Shown here in pieces: positions 9,661 through 19,576 of a stretch of DNA of 64,000 bases (positions within the stretch are counted from its first letter, which is position 1; each line of letters opens with the position of its first letter). The notes under the pieces are model-generated. The model did no database searches and was not told where the DNA came from. It saw only the letters and a list, made by a program, of their open reading frames with translations. The translations under genes and the position numbers were made by a program. This stretch comes from Pseudomonadota bacterium (lineage in GTDB: Bacteria > Myxococcota_A > UBA796 > UBA9615): the NCBI GenBank assembly GCA_024229515.1, contig JAAESI010000030.1:78404-142403 (forward strand). The letters run 5' to 3'.

Positions 9661-10974
9661 TCAGGCCGGCTTCTTCGCGGGGGCTTTGAGCCGCACGCCA
9701 AACCGGTCGATGTACGGAGCGAACTCCTCGTGGACCTTGGCCGGCTCGAGGCCGTAGAGCTCAGCGGAGTACTTGTGGGCGCCGCGGTTGTCGTGGCGCT
9801 TGGTGTTCAAGTAGTCGTCCAGCCGGGCCTGGTCGGTGGTCTTGAGGCCGAAGTGGTCCTCGATCTTGTGGACCATCGCCGCCGGATCGGCGACCAGGTC
9901 GTAGAAGTCGACGTCCAGGAACTGGTCCTCGTTGCCGTGGGCCGCCCGCGCCGCCATCGCCCGCTCGGTGCCCTGGCGGAACCGCTTGGTGATGTGCCGC
10001 CCCAGCGGCTTGGGGTCGATGCAGCCCTCCATGGTGCGGCGGTTCAGCGACACCATCGAGCAGTAGGACGCGATGCAGTCGGTGGGCTCGCGGTGGGTCA
10101 TCACGATGCAGGCGTCGGGGAAGACCTTCAGCAACGAGTCGATGAACCAGAGGTGCTCGGGGCACTTGAGGACGAGTCGGTTGGCGGGCTCACGCCACAG
10201 CAGCATCTTGAGTTGGCGCTCGTACTCCCGGTATGCCCACTCCATGTCCTGCTCGAGCAGCCAGTCGCCGAAGTCGTGCAGGCCATGGCTCAGGTCGAAG
10301 TTCAGCACGCTGAGGCTGTTGGCGAACAGCGACCAGCACTCCTCGGGGGAGTCGGGCGTGACGTAGTGGAGCTTCGGCAGCTCCGGCACTACCTGGTAGG
10401 CGCCGAACAGGTCGATCTTGATCTGCCGCGACCGCTTCTTGCGGTCCGTGGCGTAGTCGGGGTGGATCGGGACCGGGTTGGTCAGCTCCCAGAACAGCAA
10501 CGAGCGGCGGTGATCCGGCAGCGACAGCAGGTTCTGCAGCAGCGTCGTGCCCGTGCGGGGGAAGCCCAGGACGAAGATGGGCCGCTCGATCTTGATGTCG
10601 AGCGCGGCGGGGTTCGCCTCGAACCAGGACTCGATCTGGAGTCGGTGCTGGAGCGCCCGGCGGGCGAGGCCGCGGACGAGGAATCGGCCGATGACCGTCC
10701 ACTCGGCGCGGTCCAGCGACGTCATCAGCTGCCGCAGCGCGGCCATGAAGTGCTCGTCGCCGAAGTTCGTGAGCGGCTTCGTCTTGCGCAGCGCCTCGGC
10801 GAGCACGCCATCCATGTCGGGGATGGTGGCCTTGAAGCCGCCCTTCTCCAGCAGGGTGAGGATCGAGTTGACCAGCGCCTCGAGCCGACCGTGGACCATG
10901 CGGGTCACGGTGAGGTCGGCGTCCAGCTTGCGAGGGAGGGAAGCTCGGGGTGCGGCGAGGGGCAGGTCGGTCAC
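9661..10974 (-). CDS. Sulfotransferase family protein (Sulfotransfer_3 / Stf3-like)
   Basis: PIFVLGFPRTGTTLL 5'-PSB motif, LVLKCPEHL, FPDACIVMTHREP 3'-PB motif. Confidence 0.88.
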   Translation of the reverse strand: MTDLPLAAPRASLPRKLDADLTVTRMVHGRLEALVNSILTLLEKGGFKATIPDMDGVLAEALRKTKPLTNFGDEHFMAALRQLMTSLDRAEWTVIGRFLVRGLARRALQHRLQIESWFEANPAALDIKIERPIFVLGFPRTGTTLLQNLLSLPDHRRSLLFWELTNPVPIHPDYATDRKKRSRQIKIDLFGAYQVVPELPKLHYVTPDSPEECWSLFANSLSVLNFDLSHGLHDFGDWLLEQDMEWAYREYERQLKMLLWREPANRLVLKCPEHLWFIDSLLKVFPDACIVMTHREPTDCIASYCSMVSLNRRTMEGCIDPKPLGRHITKRFRQGTERAMAARAAHGNEDQFLDVDFYDLVADPAAMVHKIEDHFGLKTTDQARLDDYLNTKRHDNRGAHKYSAELYGLEPAKVHEEFAPYIDRFGVRLKAPAKKPA

Positions 10975-11034
10975 GTGGAGCGTCGATTAGCACCGGTGCG
11001 GAGACCCGGTCAACGGATCGCTGCGGGGGGTACC

Positions 11035-12771
11035 ATGGCGGCCATGAGTTTGCGCCTCATGCTGCTCCTCGCAGCCGTCCTGCTCACCGCCTGCGGACCG
11101 AGCGACGACGACGATTCGAGCCCCGTCGATGACGACGACAGCGTCAGCGACGATGACGACAGCAGTCCGTCCGACGACGACGACGCGACTCCGCCGCCAG
11201 ACACCCCCGAGCACTTTGAGGTCGGCGACGCGGTCGCCTGCACCAACGGAAGTTCAGGCTGGAACCGCTTCTCCGAGGAGGGCGCCCTCCGCGGACTCGA
11301 TCTCCCGTTCACCGGCCAGGACGCGGGCGGCTTCTTCGAGGACGTCGCCGGCATCGTCGCCCACGACCTCGACGACGACGGCGACGTCGATTTGATCGGT
11401 GGGCAGGACCAGGCCCTCCCGTTGGTCTGGCTGAACGACGGGGCCGCGCAGTTCACCCTCCAACCGGAGATTCCCCATCCGAGCGACGGCGGCGGCTACT
11501 TCCGCAGCGCGCTGCTGGCGGCTGCCGATTTGGACGGCGACCGCCTCCCCGAGCTCGTGACGGTCGACGACGTGGTCACGGTCTGGCCGAACCTGGGCGA
11601 CGGCAGCTTCGGACCCCCGGCCCTGTACGACCCGGAGGACGGGCGCTACTTCTCCGCGATGACGATCGGCGATCCCGACGGCGACGGCGACCTAGACGTG
11701 CTCGCCGCCAACGGCTCCGACGGACCCGATGAGGTCATCCCCCCCGGCGACTGGTTCTTCCTGGGAGACGGCACTGGTTCGCTGACCCGGGGCGAGCGCC
11801 TCCTGAACGGCGACGGACACGGCATCAGCAGCCTCGTTCCGGTCTTCACGGACCGCGACTTCGACGGCGATCAGGACATCCTGGAGCCGAACAACACCGG
11901 CAACGCCACCAAGACCCGCTCCATGTTCTGGCGCAACGAGACGCCCCCGGGAGGCGCCCCCACCTACGTCGATGACGGCGCCGAGGTCGGCGTGGACGAA
12001 GGCATGGCGGGGATGGGCGTGGACAGCGCGGACCTCAACAGGGACGGCTGGCTGGACTACTGCGTGACCGACTCGGGCCCCACCGCCTGCTTCTACAGCG
12101 TCGACAGCGACACCCCCACGTGGCTCGACGCGACCGCCGCCGCGGGGCTGAGGCCCGACGAACCCGCCTACGAGGACGCCGCCCACGTGCCCTCGATCGG
12201 CTGGTCCTTCGACTTTGCCGACCTCGACAGCGACGGCTTCGTGGACGCGGTCCAGACGGGCGCCCCCGACCACGGCAGCGGACTGCGGGACCAGGGCTTC
12301 GTGCAGTGGCCCGACCTGATGTGGCGGGGCGTGGGCGACGGCACCTTCGTGGAGGTCACCGAAGACGCCGGCTACGGCACCACCGAAGCCCGCTTCGGGC
12401 TCGCCACCGCCGACTTCGACGGCGACGGGAGCCTGGACATCGTGACGGTGGGCCCGGGGATCCGGCCGGAGCTCTACATGAACCGCTGCAACGACGACGG
12501 CGGATGGATCTCGGTCGACTTCGTCGGGCCCCCCGCCAACACCGCCGGCTACGGCGCGATCGTTCACCTGACCGACAGCCGCGGCACCCAGATCCGCGAG
12601 CTCTACAGCGTGCGCGCTACCGGCCAGTCCTGGTCGCGACTGCACCTGGGCCTCGGCGCCGACCCCCAGGCGGAGCGGCTGACCGTCGTCTGGCCCGACG
12701 GCACCCTCAGTTCGATCCCCGACGTTCCCGCTCGCACCGTCGTCACCGTGACCCACCCCGACGCACGATAG
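11035..12771 (+). CDS. FG-GAP / ASPIC-UnbV (CRTAC1-like) lipoprotein with Asp-rich linker
   Basis: Lipobox LLTAC, DDDDS repeats, many DxDxDGxxD repeats, C-terminal NTAGYGA...LHLGLG...VVWPDG (UnbV). Start at ATG 11035 or 11044. Confidence 0.85.
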   Translation: MAAMSLRLMLLLAAVLLTACGPSDDDDSSPVDDDDSVSDDDDSSPSDDDDATPPPDTPEHFEVGDAVACTNGSSGWNRFSEEGALRGLDLPFTGQDAGGFFEDVAGIVAHDLDDDGDVDLIGGQDQALPLVWLNDGAAQFTLQPEIPHPSDGGGYFRSALLAAADLDGDRLPELVTVDDVVTVWPNLGDGSFGPPALYDPEDGRYFSAMTIGDPDGDGDLDVLAANGSDGPDEVIPPGDWFFLGDGTGSLTRGERLLNGDGHGISSLVPVFTDRDFDGDQDILEPNNTGNATKTRSMFWRNETPPGGAPTYVDDGAEVGVDEGMAGMGVDSADLNRDGWLDYCVTDSGPTACFYSVDSDTPTWLDATAAAGLRPDEPAYEDAAHVPSIGWSFDFADLDSDGFVDAVQTGAPDHGSGLRDQGFVQWPDLMWRGVGDGTFVEVTEDAGYGTTEARFGLATADFDGDGSLDIVTVGPGIRPELYMNRCNDDGGWISVDFVGPPANTAGYGAIVHLTDSRGTQIRELYSVRATGQSWSRLHLGLGADPQAERLTVVWPDGTLSSIPDVPARTVVTVTHPDAR

Positions 12772-12803
12772 CGGTTGCTATCCGCGGATATCATTCGTGG
12801 CTA

Positions 12804-13326
12804 TCATTTGGCTATCATCGAGTCGGGCCCCCGGTAGGCGGAGTTCGGGACGAGGCCCCGCGGGCTGCCGGACCCGAAGCCGAATCGGCACTCTCCCCGA
12901 AGCACCGGCGCCCCCAGCGAGGGGCCGACGTACGGACCCGCCGCGCCCTCGCCCCGCCAGGGATGGCTGCGTCGAACCCAGCGGAAGAGCGCGGCGGTCG
13001 TCCGCGCCATCTCGTCGCTCGCGACCGTCTCGATGTCCGGATCCCGCACGTAGAGGCGCCACCTCGGTCCGACTCCACTCGAACATCAAGCCATCGTTGC
13101 CCGGAGCCGAGAAGACACCCCCGTGCCTTCCCTCGAAGATCTGGTCCGTGTCCTCGCGATTGAAGACGATGAGGTCTTCGGCAGACCGCTCTGAGATCGC
13201 GACAGGCGACGGCAGCGGAGGCTCGGACCAGCGTGGCAGGCAGGCGAAGTCCCCGCGGCGTTCGAGCCACTGGGCCAACGCATCGTCGTCGTCCGCATCG
13301 TGAGCGATCAAGACCTGGCGGCCCAT
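12804..13326 (-). pseudogene. Hypothetical protein, apparently frameshifted near 13050
   Basis: Frame 1 (MGRQVLIAHDADDDDALAQWL...MFEWSRTEV) becomes Arg/Gly-rich; a second frame continues with protein-like DPDIETVASDEMARTTAALFRWVRR...PYVGP. Confidence 0.45.
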
Positions 13327-13383
13327 GGCGAGTCCTCCTGGCTGAACGGTACGCGTTGCGCACCCGATGCATTGCTCGCGGAC

Positions 13384-14679
13384 CTACTTCCCGATGCAGA
13401 ACCGCTCGAAGAGGGCGTCCAGCACCTGCTCGTCGGTCCACCCGCCGACCAACTCCTCGAGCGCGCGCCCCGCGGACCGCACCGAGACGGCGGCGAGCAC
13501 GGGCTCGTCGATCCCGGCCGCCTGAGCCGCTCGCAGGGCCGACGCCGCGCGCGCAACCGCGTCGTGCTGGCGGGCGGTGTGGAGGAGGAGCCCAGAGGGG
13601 ACTTCGACCTGAGCACCGATCGCGACCCGAAGCTCCGCCACGCCCTCGCCGCCAGGGGCCCCGACCAGGTGCCATCCGGCCTCCTGCAACCGGCTCCGCC
13701 CCGCTTCATCGAGCAGGTCCGCGCGGGTCGCGACCGCCAACGCGGCGGGCGGCTCATCAGCGCTTCGTCCGTCCCGGACCTCGACCACGAGGTCGGCCCG
13801 GGCGGCGGCGCCGGCGGTTCGGGCGATGCCTTCGGCCTCGATGGGATCAACCGCGTCGCGCCGGCCCGCGGTGTCCTCCAACCGAACGGTCTGCCCGCTC
13901 CACGTGACTGACTCGCTGACCACGTCGCGGGTGGTCCCCGGTGTGGGCGCCGTGATCGCCCGGTCGTGCCCCAGGAGCAGGTTGAAGAGCGTGGACTTGC
14001 CCGCGTTGGTGGGTCCCGCGAGCACGACGTGGAGTCCCCGGGTGAGGCGGGCGCCGGCTTCGAAGGTGGACGCCAACTCCTCCATGGCGAGGGCCAGCGA
14101 GGCGAGCCGCTCCAGGTCCGGGGCGACGTCGGCGTCGTCCACCTCCTCGGGGAAGTCGACCAGCGCTTCGATGCTGGAGGCAGCATCCATCATCGAAGCC
14201 CGGAGCTCGTTCAACCGTCCGCTGAGCTCGCCCTCGAGGTGACGGCCCACCGCCCGCGCGGCCGCCAGGCTGTCCGCCTGGATGAGGGCGTCGACCGCCT
14301 CGGCCTCAACCAGGTCGAGCTTGCCGTTCAGCACGGCGCGACGCGTGAATTCGCCGGGTCCGGCAGGCCGGGCTCCCGCCATGATCGCGGCCGCCACCGC
14401 CGCCTCGAGGATGGCCGGGCTTCCGTGGAGGTCGAGCTCGAGCACGTCGTCGCCGGTGTAGGACGCAGGCCCCACGAACCGGGTCGCCACTCCTCGGTCG
14501 ATGGAGCCGCCGTCCCGCGGGTCGGTGACCGTCACGAGGGTCGCGCGCCGGGGGGCGAGGTCGGTGCCCAGCAGGGTCCGCACCACGCCGTCCATCGCCT
14601 CGGCGGGTCCGGACAGGCGCACCGTCCCGATCGCCCCCCGTCCGGAGGGCGTCGAGACAGCGACGATGGTGTCTTGCAG
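13384..14679 (-). CDS. mnmE: tRNA modification GTPase MnmE (TrmE)
   Basis: DTIVAVSTPSGRGAIGTVRLSG, SYTGDD, GEFTRRAVLNGKLDL, GPTNAGKSTL, PGTTRD, DTAG, C-terminal FCIGK. Start uncertain (CTG at 14679, 14703 or 14715). Confidence 0.93.
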   Translation of the reverse strand: MQDTIVAVSTPSGRGAIGTVRLSGPAEAMDGVVRTLLGTDLAPRRATLVTVTDPRDGGSIDRGVATRFVGPASYTGDDVLELDLHGSPAILEAAVAAAIMAGARPAGPGEFTRRAVLNGKLDLVEAEAVDALIQADSLAAARAVGRHLEGELSGRLNELRASMMDAASSIEALVDFPEEVDDADVAPDLERLASLALAMEELASTFEAGARLTRGLHVVLAGPTNAGKSTLFNLLLGHDRAITAPTPGTTRDVVSESVTWSGQTVRLEDTAGRRDAVDPIEAEGIARTAGAAARADLVVEVRDGRSADEPPAALAVATRADLLDEAGRSRLQEAGWHLVGAPGGEGVAELRVAIGAQVEVPSGLLLHTARQHDAVARAASALRAAQAAGIDEPVLAAVSVRSAGRALEELVGGWTDEQVLDALFERFCIGK

Positions 14680-14719
14680 AAGCGCGGCGGCGCCGCGGAG
14701 CAGGTGCTCGCGCAGGGCG

Positions 14720-15550
14720 CTACTCGGCCGCGAAGATCTCGACGTTGCGCTGGCTGCCGGAGCCGACCGAGCGGCTGTCGACGCCGTCGATGTCCTTGAC
14801 CGTCGCGTGCGCAAGGTGGCGCTCGTAGCTGTTCATGTCGTCCAGCACGATGGGATCGGCGCCGTCGAGCACCTTGGTGGCGGCGGAGCGAGCGGCCCCG
14901 CGGACCTCCTCGTCACGCTCCGGATCGCGATCGCGGTCACGGCCGCGCGAACGACGTCCGCCGTCCCGCTCGCCCCGGTCACGGCCCCGGCCGCGTCCAC
15001 CGCGGTCGCCCCGGTCGCCCCGATCGCCACGGCCCCGGCCGCGGTCACGACCGCCCCGGTCGCCCCGGTCGCCCCGGTCGCGCGAGTCACGGCGGTCGCC
15101 GTCCTCGGGGGACTCGACGTCGAGCTTGAGTTGCACGTCCTCGTTGCCCGCCTTCTTGAGCGCCTCCTCCAGGAGGGCCTGCAGGGCGCGGATGTTGGTG
15201 CCCTGACGGCCGATGAGCAGCCGCGCGTCCTCCTTGGCGAGGACCTGGACGTAGAGCCGCCCGTCGCCGCCCTTGCGGGCCGAAACGCGGCACTCGGAGC
15301 CGAACGCCTTCATCGCGTCGGTCATCCAGGCCTTGGCATCGTCGACGACCTTGCGGCCGGCGCGGAGCACGGCGAGGTCCTCCTCGCCCTTGACCCAGGC
15401 CTCGACCTTCACGGTGGCGGCTCCCTTGCGGAAGTGCTCCTTGTCGAACTGGTAGGCGATCTCATCGAGGGACTGAGCACCCAGAAGCTGGGCCGCGTTG
15501 GCCAGGGTCTCGTTCAGGGTCGCGCCTTCGGCGGTAATTCGATCGGTCAT
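14720..15550 (-). CDS. jag: Jag/KhpB (EloR) RNA-binding protein with KH and R3H domains
   Basis: LLIGRQGTNIRALQ (KH), MNSYERHLAH (R3H); located between yidC and mnmE. Confidence 0.9.
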   Translation of the reverse strand: MTDRITAEGATLNETLANAAQLLGAQSLDEIAYQFDKEHFRKGAATVKVEAWVKGEEDLAVLRAGRKVVDDAKAWMTDAMKAFGSECRVSARKGGDGRLYVQVLAKEDARLLIGRQGTNIRALQALLEEALKKAGNEDVQLKLDVESPEDGDRRDSRDRGDRGDRGGRDRGRGRGDRGDRGDRGGRGRGRDRGERDGGRRSRGRDRDRDPERDEEVRGAARSAATKVLDGADPIVLDDMNSYERHLAHATVKDIDGVDSRSVGSGSQRNVEIFAAE

Positions 15551-15552
15551 TG

Positions 15553-17304
15553 CTACTTACTCCCGGACGCCGCGCCAGCGGGTTTCGGCTTCTTGGGGTC
15601 GTCGTGCTGGCGGTGGATCACCCACTGTTGGGCGATGCTCAGAATGTTGTTGACGAGGATATACACCACGAGTCCAGCGGGCAGCGTGAACATGATGACG
15701 CTGAAGAACAGCGGCATCACCTTGATCATCATCTGCTGCGCCGGATCGGTCGCAGTGTTCGGGTTGAACTTCTGCTGCAGCCACATCGTGACTCCCAGCA
15801 CCAACGGGAAGACCCCAAGCGGGTCCCGCAGCGACAGGTCGCAGAAGTACAGGAACGGGGTCTGGTACAGCTCGACGCTGTTCCAGAGAACTCGGTAGAG
15901 GGCGAACCAGATCGGCATCTGGACGAGCATCGGCAGGCAGCCGCCCGCGGGGTTGACCCCGTGCTCCTTCCAGAGGCCCATCATCTCCTTGTTCAAGCCT
16001 TCACGGTCGTCGCCGTGCTTCTCCTTGAGGGCGGCGATCTCAGGCTGCAGCGACTGCATCGCCTTCATCGACTTGAACGACTTCTGCGACAGCGGGTACA
16101 TCGCCAGCTTGATCGCGACGGTCAGCAGGATGATGGAGATGCCCCAGCTGCCCACGAAGCTGTAGATCCACTTCAGGAACGCCAGGATCGGCAGCGCGAT
16201 GAGCCCGAAGAAGCCGAAATCGACGGCCGTCTTCATGCGCATGCCGGCTTCGTTCAGCCCGTCCAGCTCCTTGGGACCCGCCCACAGCCGGAACGTCCAG
16301 CTCTTGACCTCGCCGGGGGCGAGCGTCGTGGTGGGCAGCTCCATGGCCGCGGCGAAACGGTCCTCGCCGGGCATCGGCATGAACCGCGCCGTGCCCAGGA
16401 CCGGCTGCTCCGGCTCGATGCCGACGACGAAGTACTTGTCGCCCGCGGCGACCCAGTTCAGCGTGCCGTCCCACTGCCCCTCGATCTTCTTGTCGAGCTT
16501 GCGGCGGGCCCAGTGCTCGACGTCTCCGTCGGCGTCGGCCCACAGCTCCGGCTGGGGTCCGTAGCGGCTCCCCTCGGGCACGACGACGAAGTCCGCGACG
16601 CCGAACGACGGCGTGATCTGCTGCGCGTCCCGGCCCGTGTTCTTCACCCGAACGATGTAGTCGGTCTTGTATCCGGTCTCCGGCGTGGCGAAGACCTTGC
16701 TGATCTCCAGCGAGCCGCGCGTGGTCGCAAACTCGACCGTGCCGCCCTCGTCGCGCACGACGCGGTAGTGGCCCACATCGCCGGCGATCCCCTCGGCATC
16801 CATGCCGACCGGGAGCAGCACCCCATCGGGGTCCTGCACGAGATCGACCGGCTGCGGGTCGGGGCAGGCCATGTCGAAGGCCTCCCACTTGAACCCGTTG
16901 CTGAACCCGCTGATCAACCAGGTGGGGAGCCAGTCCAGTTCGTACGCGGAGCTCCAGGCCTCGATCTGGAAGCGGTTGGGGCTCCCGCCGAAGCTCGACC
17001 ACTGCGCGCCAACGCCGTCCCAGCTGCGATCGAGCGTCACCGCGGGGGCAGAGGGGATGACCGGCACCGGTGCCGACGCAACCGCGTCACCGCCCGCCGA
17101 ATCGTCGTCGTCCGAGGCGACGGGGGCAGGCGTGGCCGCGGGGGGCGTCTCCTCGGCGGCCAGGGCCGGGGTCTCCTCGACCGGAGGCGGAGGCACCGGC
17201 GGCTCGAAGACGAAGGTGTTGAAGATCCACAGGACCGCGATCGACAGAACGACCGCCGTCAGAATGCGGCGTTCCTGATCGGGATCGGGGGTCTGGGGCT
17301 CCAT
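15553..17304 (-). CDS. yidC: Membrane protein insertase YidC
   Basis: VDFGFFG, SWGISIILLT, GVNPAGGCLPMLVQMPIW, LPAGLVVYILVNN. Confidence 0.96.
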   Translation of the reverse strand: MEPQTPDPDQERRILTAVVLSIAVLWIFNTFVFEPPVPPPPVEETPALAAEETPPAATPAPVASDDDDSAGGDAVASAPVPVIPSAPAVTLDRSWDGVGAQWSSFGGSPNRFQIEAWSSAYELDWLPTWLISGFSNGFKWEAFDMACPDPQPVDLVQDPDGVLLPVGMDAEGIAGDVGHYRVVRDEGGTVEFATTRGSLEISKVFATPETGYKTDYIVRVKNTGRDAQQITPSFGVADFVVVPEGSRYGPQPELWADADGDVEHWARRKLDKKIEGQWDGTLNWVAAGDKYFVVGIEPEQPVLGTARFMPMPGEDRFAAAMELPTTTLAPGEVKSWTFRLWAGPKELDGLNEAGMRMKTAVDFGFFGLIALPILAFLKWIYSFVGSWGISIILLTVAIKLAMYPLSQKSFKSMKAMQSLQPEIAALKEKHGDDREGLNKEMMGLWKEHGVNPAGGCLPMLVQMPIWFALYRVLWNSVELYQTPFLYFCDLSLRDPLGVFPLVLGVTMWLQQKFNPNTATDPAQQMMIKVMPLFFSVIMFTLPAGLVVYILVNNILSIAQQWVIHRQHDDPKKPKPAGAASGSK

Positions 17305-17534
17305 CAGCTCTGTGGCTCCGGCAGCTCAGGGACGGGGTCGTGCCCGCCCGGGTGGAACGGCTGACAGCGGCACAGCCGCTTCGTCCCCATCCAGGTTCCG
17401 CGGACGGGGCCGAACCGCTCCACGGCTTGCATCATGTAAATCGAACAGGTCGGCTCGAAGCGGCAGGCGGGCGGCAGAAGCGGCGACAGGAACCGCTTGT
17501 AGCCCCGGAGGACGAGCAGGATCAGCCACTTCAT
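17304..17534 (-). CDS. yidD: Membrane protein insertion efficiency factor YidD
   Basis: [34 protein letters not shown]. Confidence 0.95.
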   Translation of the reverse strand: MKWLILLVLRGYKRFLSPLLPPACRFEPTCSIYMMQAVERFGPVRGTWMGTKRLCRCQPFHPGGHDPVPELPEPQS

Positions 17535-17893
17535 GCCTTCCTCCGTCCATTGAGCCAGTCGATCACCTCAGACAACTCCGAAGTGACGTCCGCCAGTCCC
17601 TCGACCTGAGCCGCTTGCGGCCGGGCGATGATGACCAGATCCCAGCTTGCGTTGAGCTCGTGCCGGTTGAGGCGGTACCACTCTCGCAGCAGTCGCTTCA
17701 CCCGGTTCCGGGTCACGGCCTTGCCGACCTTGCGGCTGACGGCCATCCCCAGACGCCCATCGTCGTGGCGGGCCGAGGCCCAGGCGACGATGAACCGGCG
17801 GGTACGGAAGGTCCGCGACCGCCGGCGATGTTCCCGATAGTCACGCGACGTGCGAATCCGCAGCCGCTTGGGGAACGTACGCGAGTCGGGCAG
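17531..17893 (-). CDS. rnpA: Ribonuclease P protein component
   Basis: Manual extension (L)[18 protein letters not shown]...[25 protein letters not shown]. The conserved N-terminus lies upstream of the ORF-track start; likely CTG start at 17893. Confidence 0.92.
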   Translation of the reverse strand: MPDSRTFPKRLRIRTSRDYREHRRRSRTFRTRRFIVAWASARHDDGRLGMAVSRKVGKAVTRNRVKRLLREWYRLNRHELNASWDLVIIARPQAAQVEGLADVTSELSEVIDWLNGRRKA

Positions 17894-17895
17894 AA

Positions 17896-18045
17896 CTACT
17901 TCTTGGCGATCGTGGCGGCGAGGGACTTGCGTCCGCGGAGGCGACGTCGCCGCAAAACGGCACGTCCGTTCTTGGTGGCCATGCGGATGCGGAAGCCGTG
18001 GGTGCGCTTACGCGAAACGTTCGAGGGCTGGAAAGTGCGCTTCAT
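17896..18045 (-). CDS. rpmH: 50S ribosomal protein L34
   Basis: Manual translation [49 protein letters not shown] (49 aa). Confidence 0.97.
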   Translation of the reverse strand: MKRTFQPSNVSRKRTHGFRIRMATKNGRAVLRRRRLRGRKSLAATIAKK

Positions 18046-18242
18046 GAGACCTGTCTCTCGATGGGGGGGCTGAAAAGGCGCGAAAAAATACGGGTCGGTC
18101 CGCGGGGTGTCAAGGCGGGCTTTCCACAGGCTTGCCGTCCATTGATCTCCTCACGCGCGCGCGACAAGCCAATACGGCCGGTTTTTGACCCCGGTTACAC
18201 CGAATCGATCCGTTCTTGCGACTGCCCCGTACCCCCTCCGAC

Positions 18243-18866
18243 ATGAATGCTCTCCCTGCCACGACGCTTCGGGACCGGGTCGCTAGATTCGACCTCGTGA
18301 GTCAGCCCCCCGCCAACGAACCGACCTCCGATGCCGACCTTGTCGCGGCGATGGCGCGTGGTGACGGGCAGGCTCTGGCAGAACTGTACGACCGCTACTC
18401 CTCGCTCATGATGGCCGTCAGCCTCAAGGTCCTCCGGGACCGCGCCATGGCGGAGGATCTGCTCCACGACGTGCTCCTGGAAGCCTGGAGGGCAGTGGGA
18501 AGCTACGACCGCAGTCGCGGCACGGTGAAGACCTGGCTCCTGGTCCGGCTCCGCAGCCGCGCCCTCGACAAGGTCCGCTCCGCCGCCGTCTCCCGCTGGG
18601 TCGATCACGGAGGCATCGACCTCCCCGAGACCGACCGGGACCGCAAGTCGGACGGTCCCAGCGGACTGCACGACCGGCTCTACCTGCGTCGCATCGTGAG
18701 CGAACTGCCCAAGCCTCAGCGCGAAGTCCTCGAACTCGCCTACTTCCAGGGGCTGTCCGGCAGCGAAGTTGCCGCCCGCCTCGGCCTGCCGATCGGCACG
18801 GTCAAATCTCGAACCGCCGCCGGGCTCACGAACCTCCGCGCGACTCTTGCTGAAGGGAGCGTGTGA
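18243..18866 (+). CDS. ECF RNA polymerase sigma factor (SigK/RpoE-like)
   Basis: GDGQALAELYDRYS, AEDLLHDV, TWLLVRLRSRALD (region 2), ELAYFQGLSGSEVAARLGLPIGTVKSR (region 4). Start uncertain (18243 or 18297). Confidence 0.92.
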   Translation: MNALPATTLRDRVARFDLVSQPPANEPTSDADLVAAMARGDGQALAELYDRYSSLMMAVSLKVLRDRAMAEDLLHDVLLEAWRAVGSYDRSRGTVKTWLLVRLRSRALDKVRSAAVSRWVDHGGIDLPETDRDRKSDGPSGLHDRLYLRRIVSELPKPQREVLELAYFQGLSGSEVAARLGLPIGTVKSRTAAGLTNLRATLAEGSV

Positions 18867-19393
18867 TGAGCGACGAACTCCGCGACTTCCTCCTGCTCGC
18901 CGACGCGTTGGAGCCGGTCGAACCGGCCGAGGGGCTCAAGAGCCGCCTGCTCGCCTCCGCCCTCAGCCCCCAGGATCGCTGGGCCCCCTTCGGAGACCGC
19001 ATCGCCGACCTGTTCGACGTGGCCGCCGCGACAGCCCGCGAGTACCTCAGCCGCATCGCCGACCCCGCTCACTGGGAAGCGGCCATCGCCGAGGGGATCG
19101 CCCTGGTGCACCTGGACGGCGGACCGCGGGTCGCTCACGCCGACGTCGGGTTCACTCGAGCGGCCGCTGGAACCAGCTTCCCGGTCCACACTCACGACGG
19201 TGGAGAAACGACGCTCGTGCTCCAGGGTCGGTACCGCGACAGCGACGGATCCGTGGTCGGTCCGGGCACCCTCGTGACGATGGCTCCGGGCTCGACGCAC
19301 TCGTTCGAGGTGCTCTCGGGAGACGACCTGATCTTCGCCGTAGTGGTGGACGGCGTGCGATTCCACGACCCCGCAATCATCGCCCCCGACTAG
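18866..19393 (+). CDS. Putative anti-sigma factor with ChrR-like cupin domain
   Basis: EPVEPAEGLKSRLL anti-sigma helix; cupin motifs FPVHTHDGGETTLVLQG and GSTHSF; coupled to the sigma gene. Confidence 0.82.
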   Translation: MSDELRDFLLLADALEPVEPAEGLKSRLLASALSPQDRWAPFGDRIADLFDVAAATAREYLSRIADPAHWEAAIAEGIALVHLDGGPRVAHADVGFTRAAAGTSFPVHTHDGGETTLVLQGRYRDSDGSVVGPGTLVTMAPGSTHSFEVLSGDDLIFAVVVDGVRFHDPAIIAPD

Positions 19394-19576
19394 CCTGAAC
19401 GTGGGACGTCTCGGTCCCGATCGGTAATCGATCGCAGAGCACCCGATGACCCGATCGGGTTTCGATCGGTAAAGGTACGATTGCACCGATCGCCCCCTAC
19501 CGCAGGTAGGCGCGGGCCCCTCGCAAACCCCCGGATTCTCCACCCTTCGAGCCCCGGGTTCGGCGGTCTTTACCAC

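Noticed and set aside
10967-10982. Other CACGTG-centred sites (also ~13900, ~25740, ~40621) as parS
   Set aside because: Only one arm matches and there are too many mismatches.
9652-11034. N-terminal ~460 aa of the 1039-aa ORF
   Set aside because: It is the antisense of the sulfotransferase; the real lipoprotein starts near 11035.
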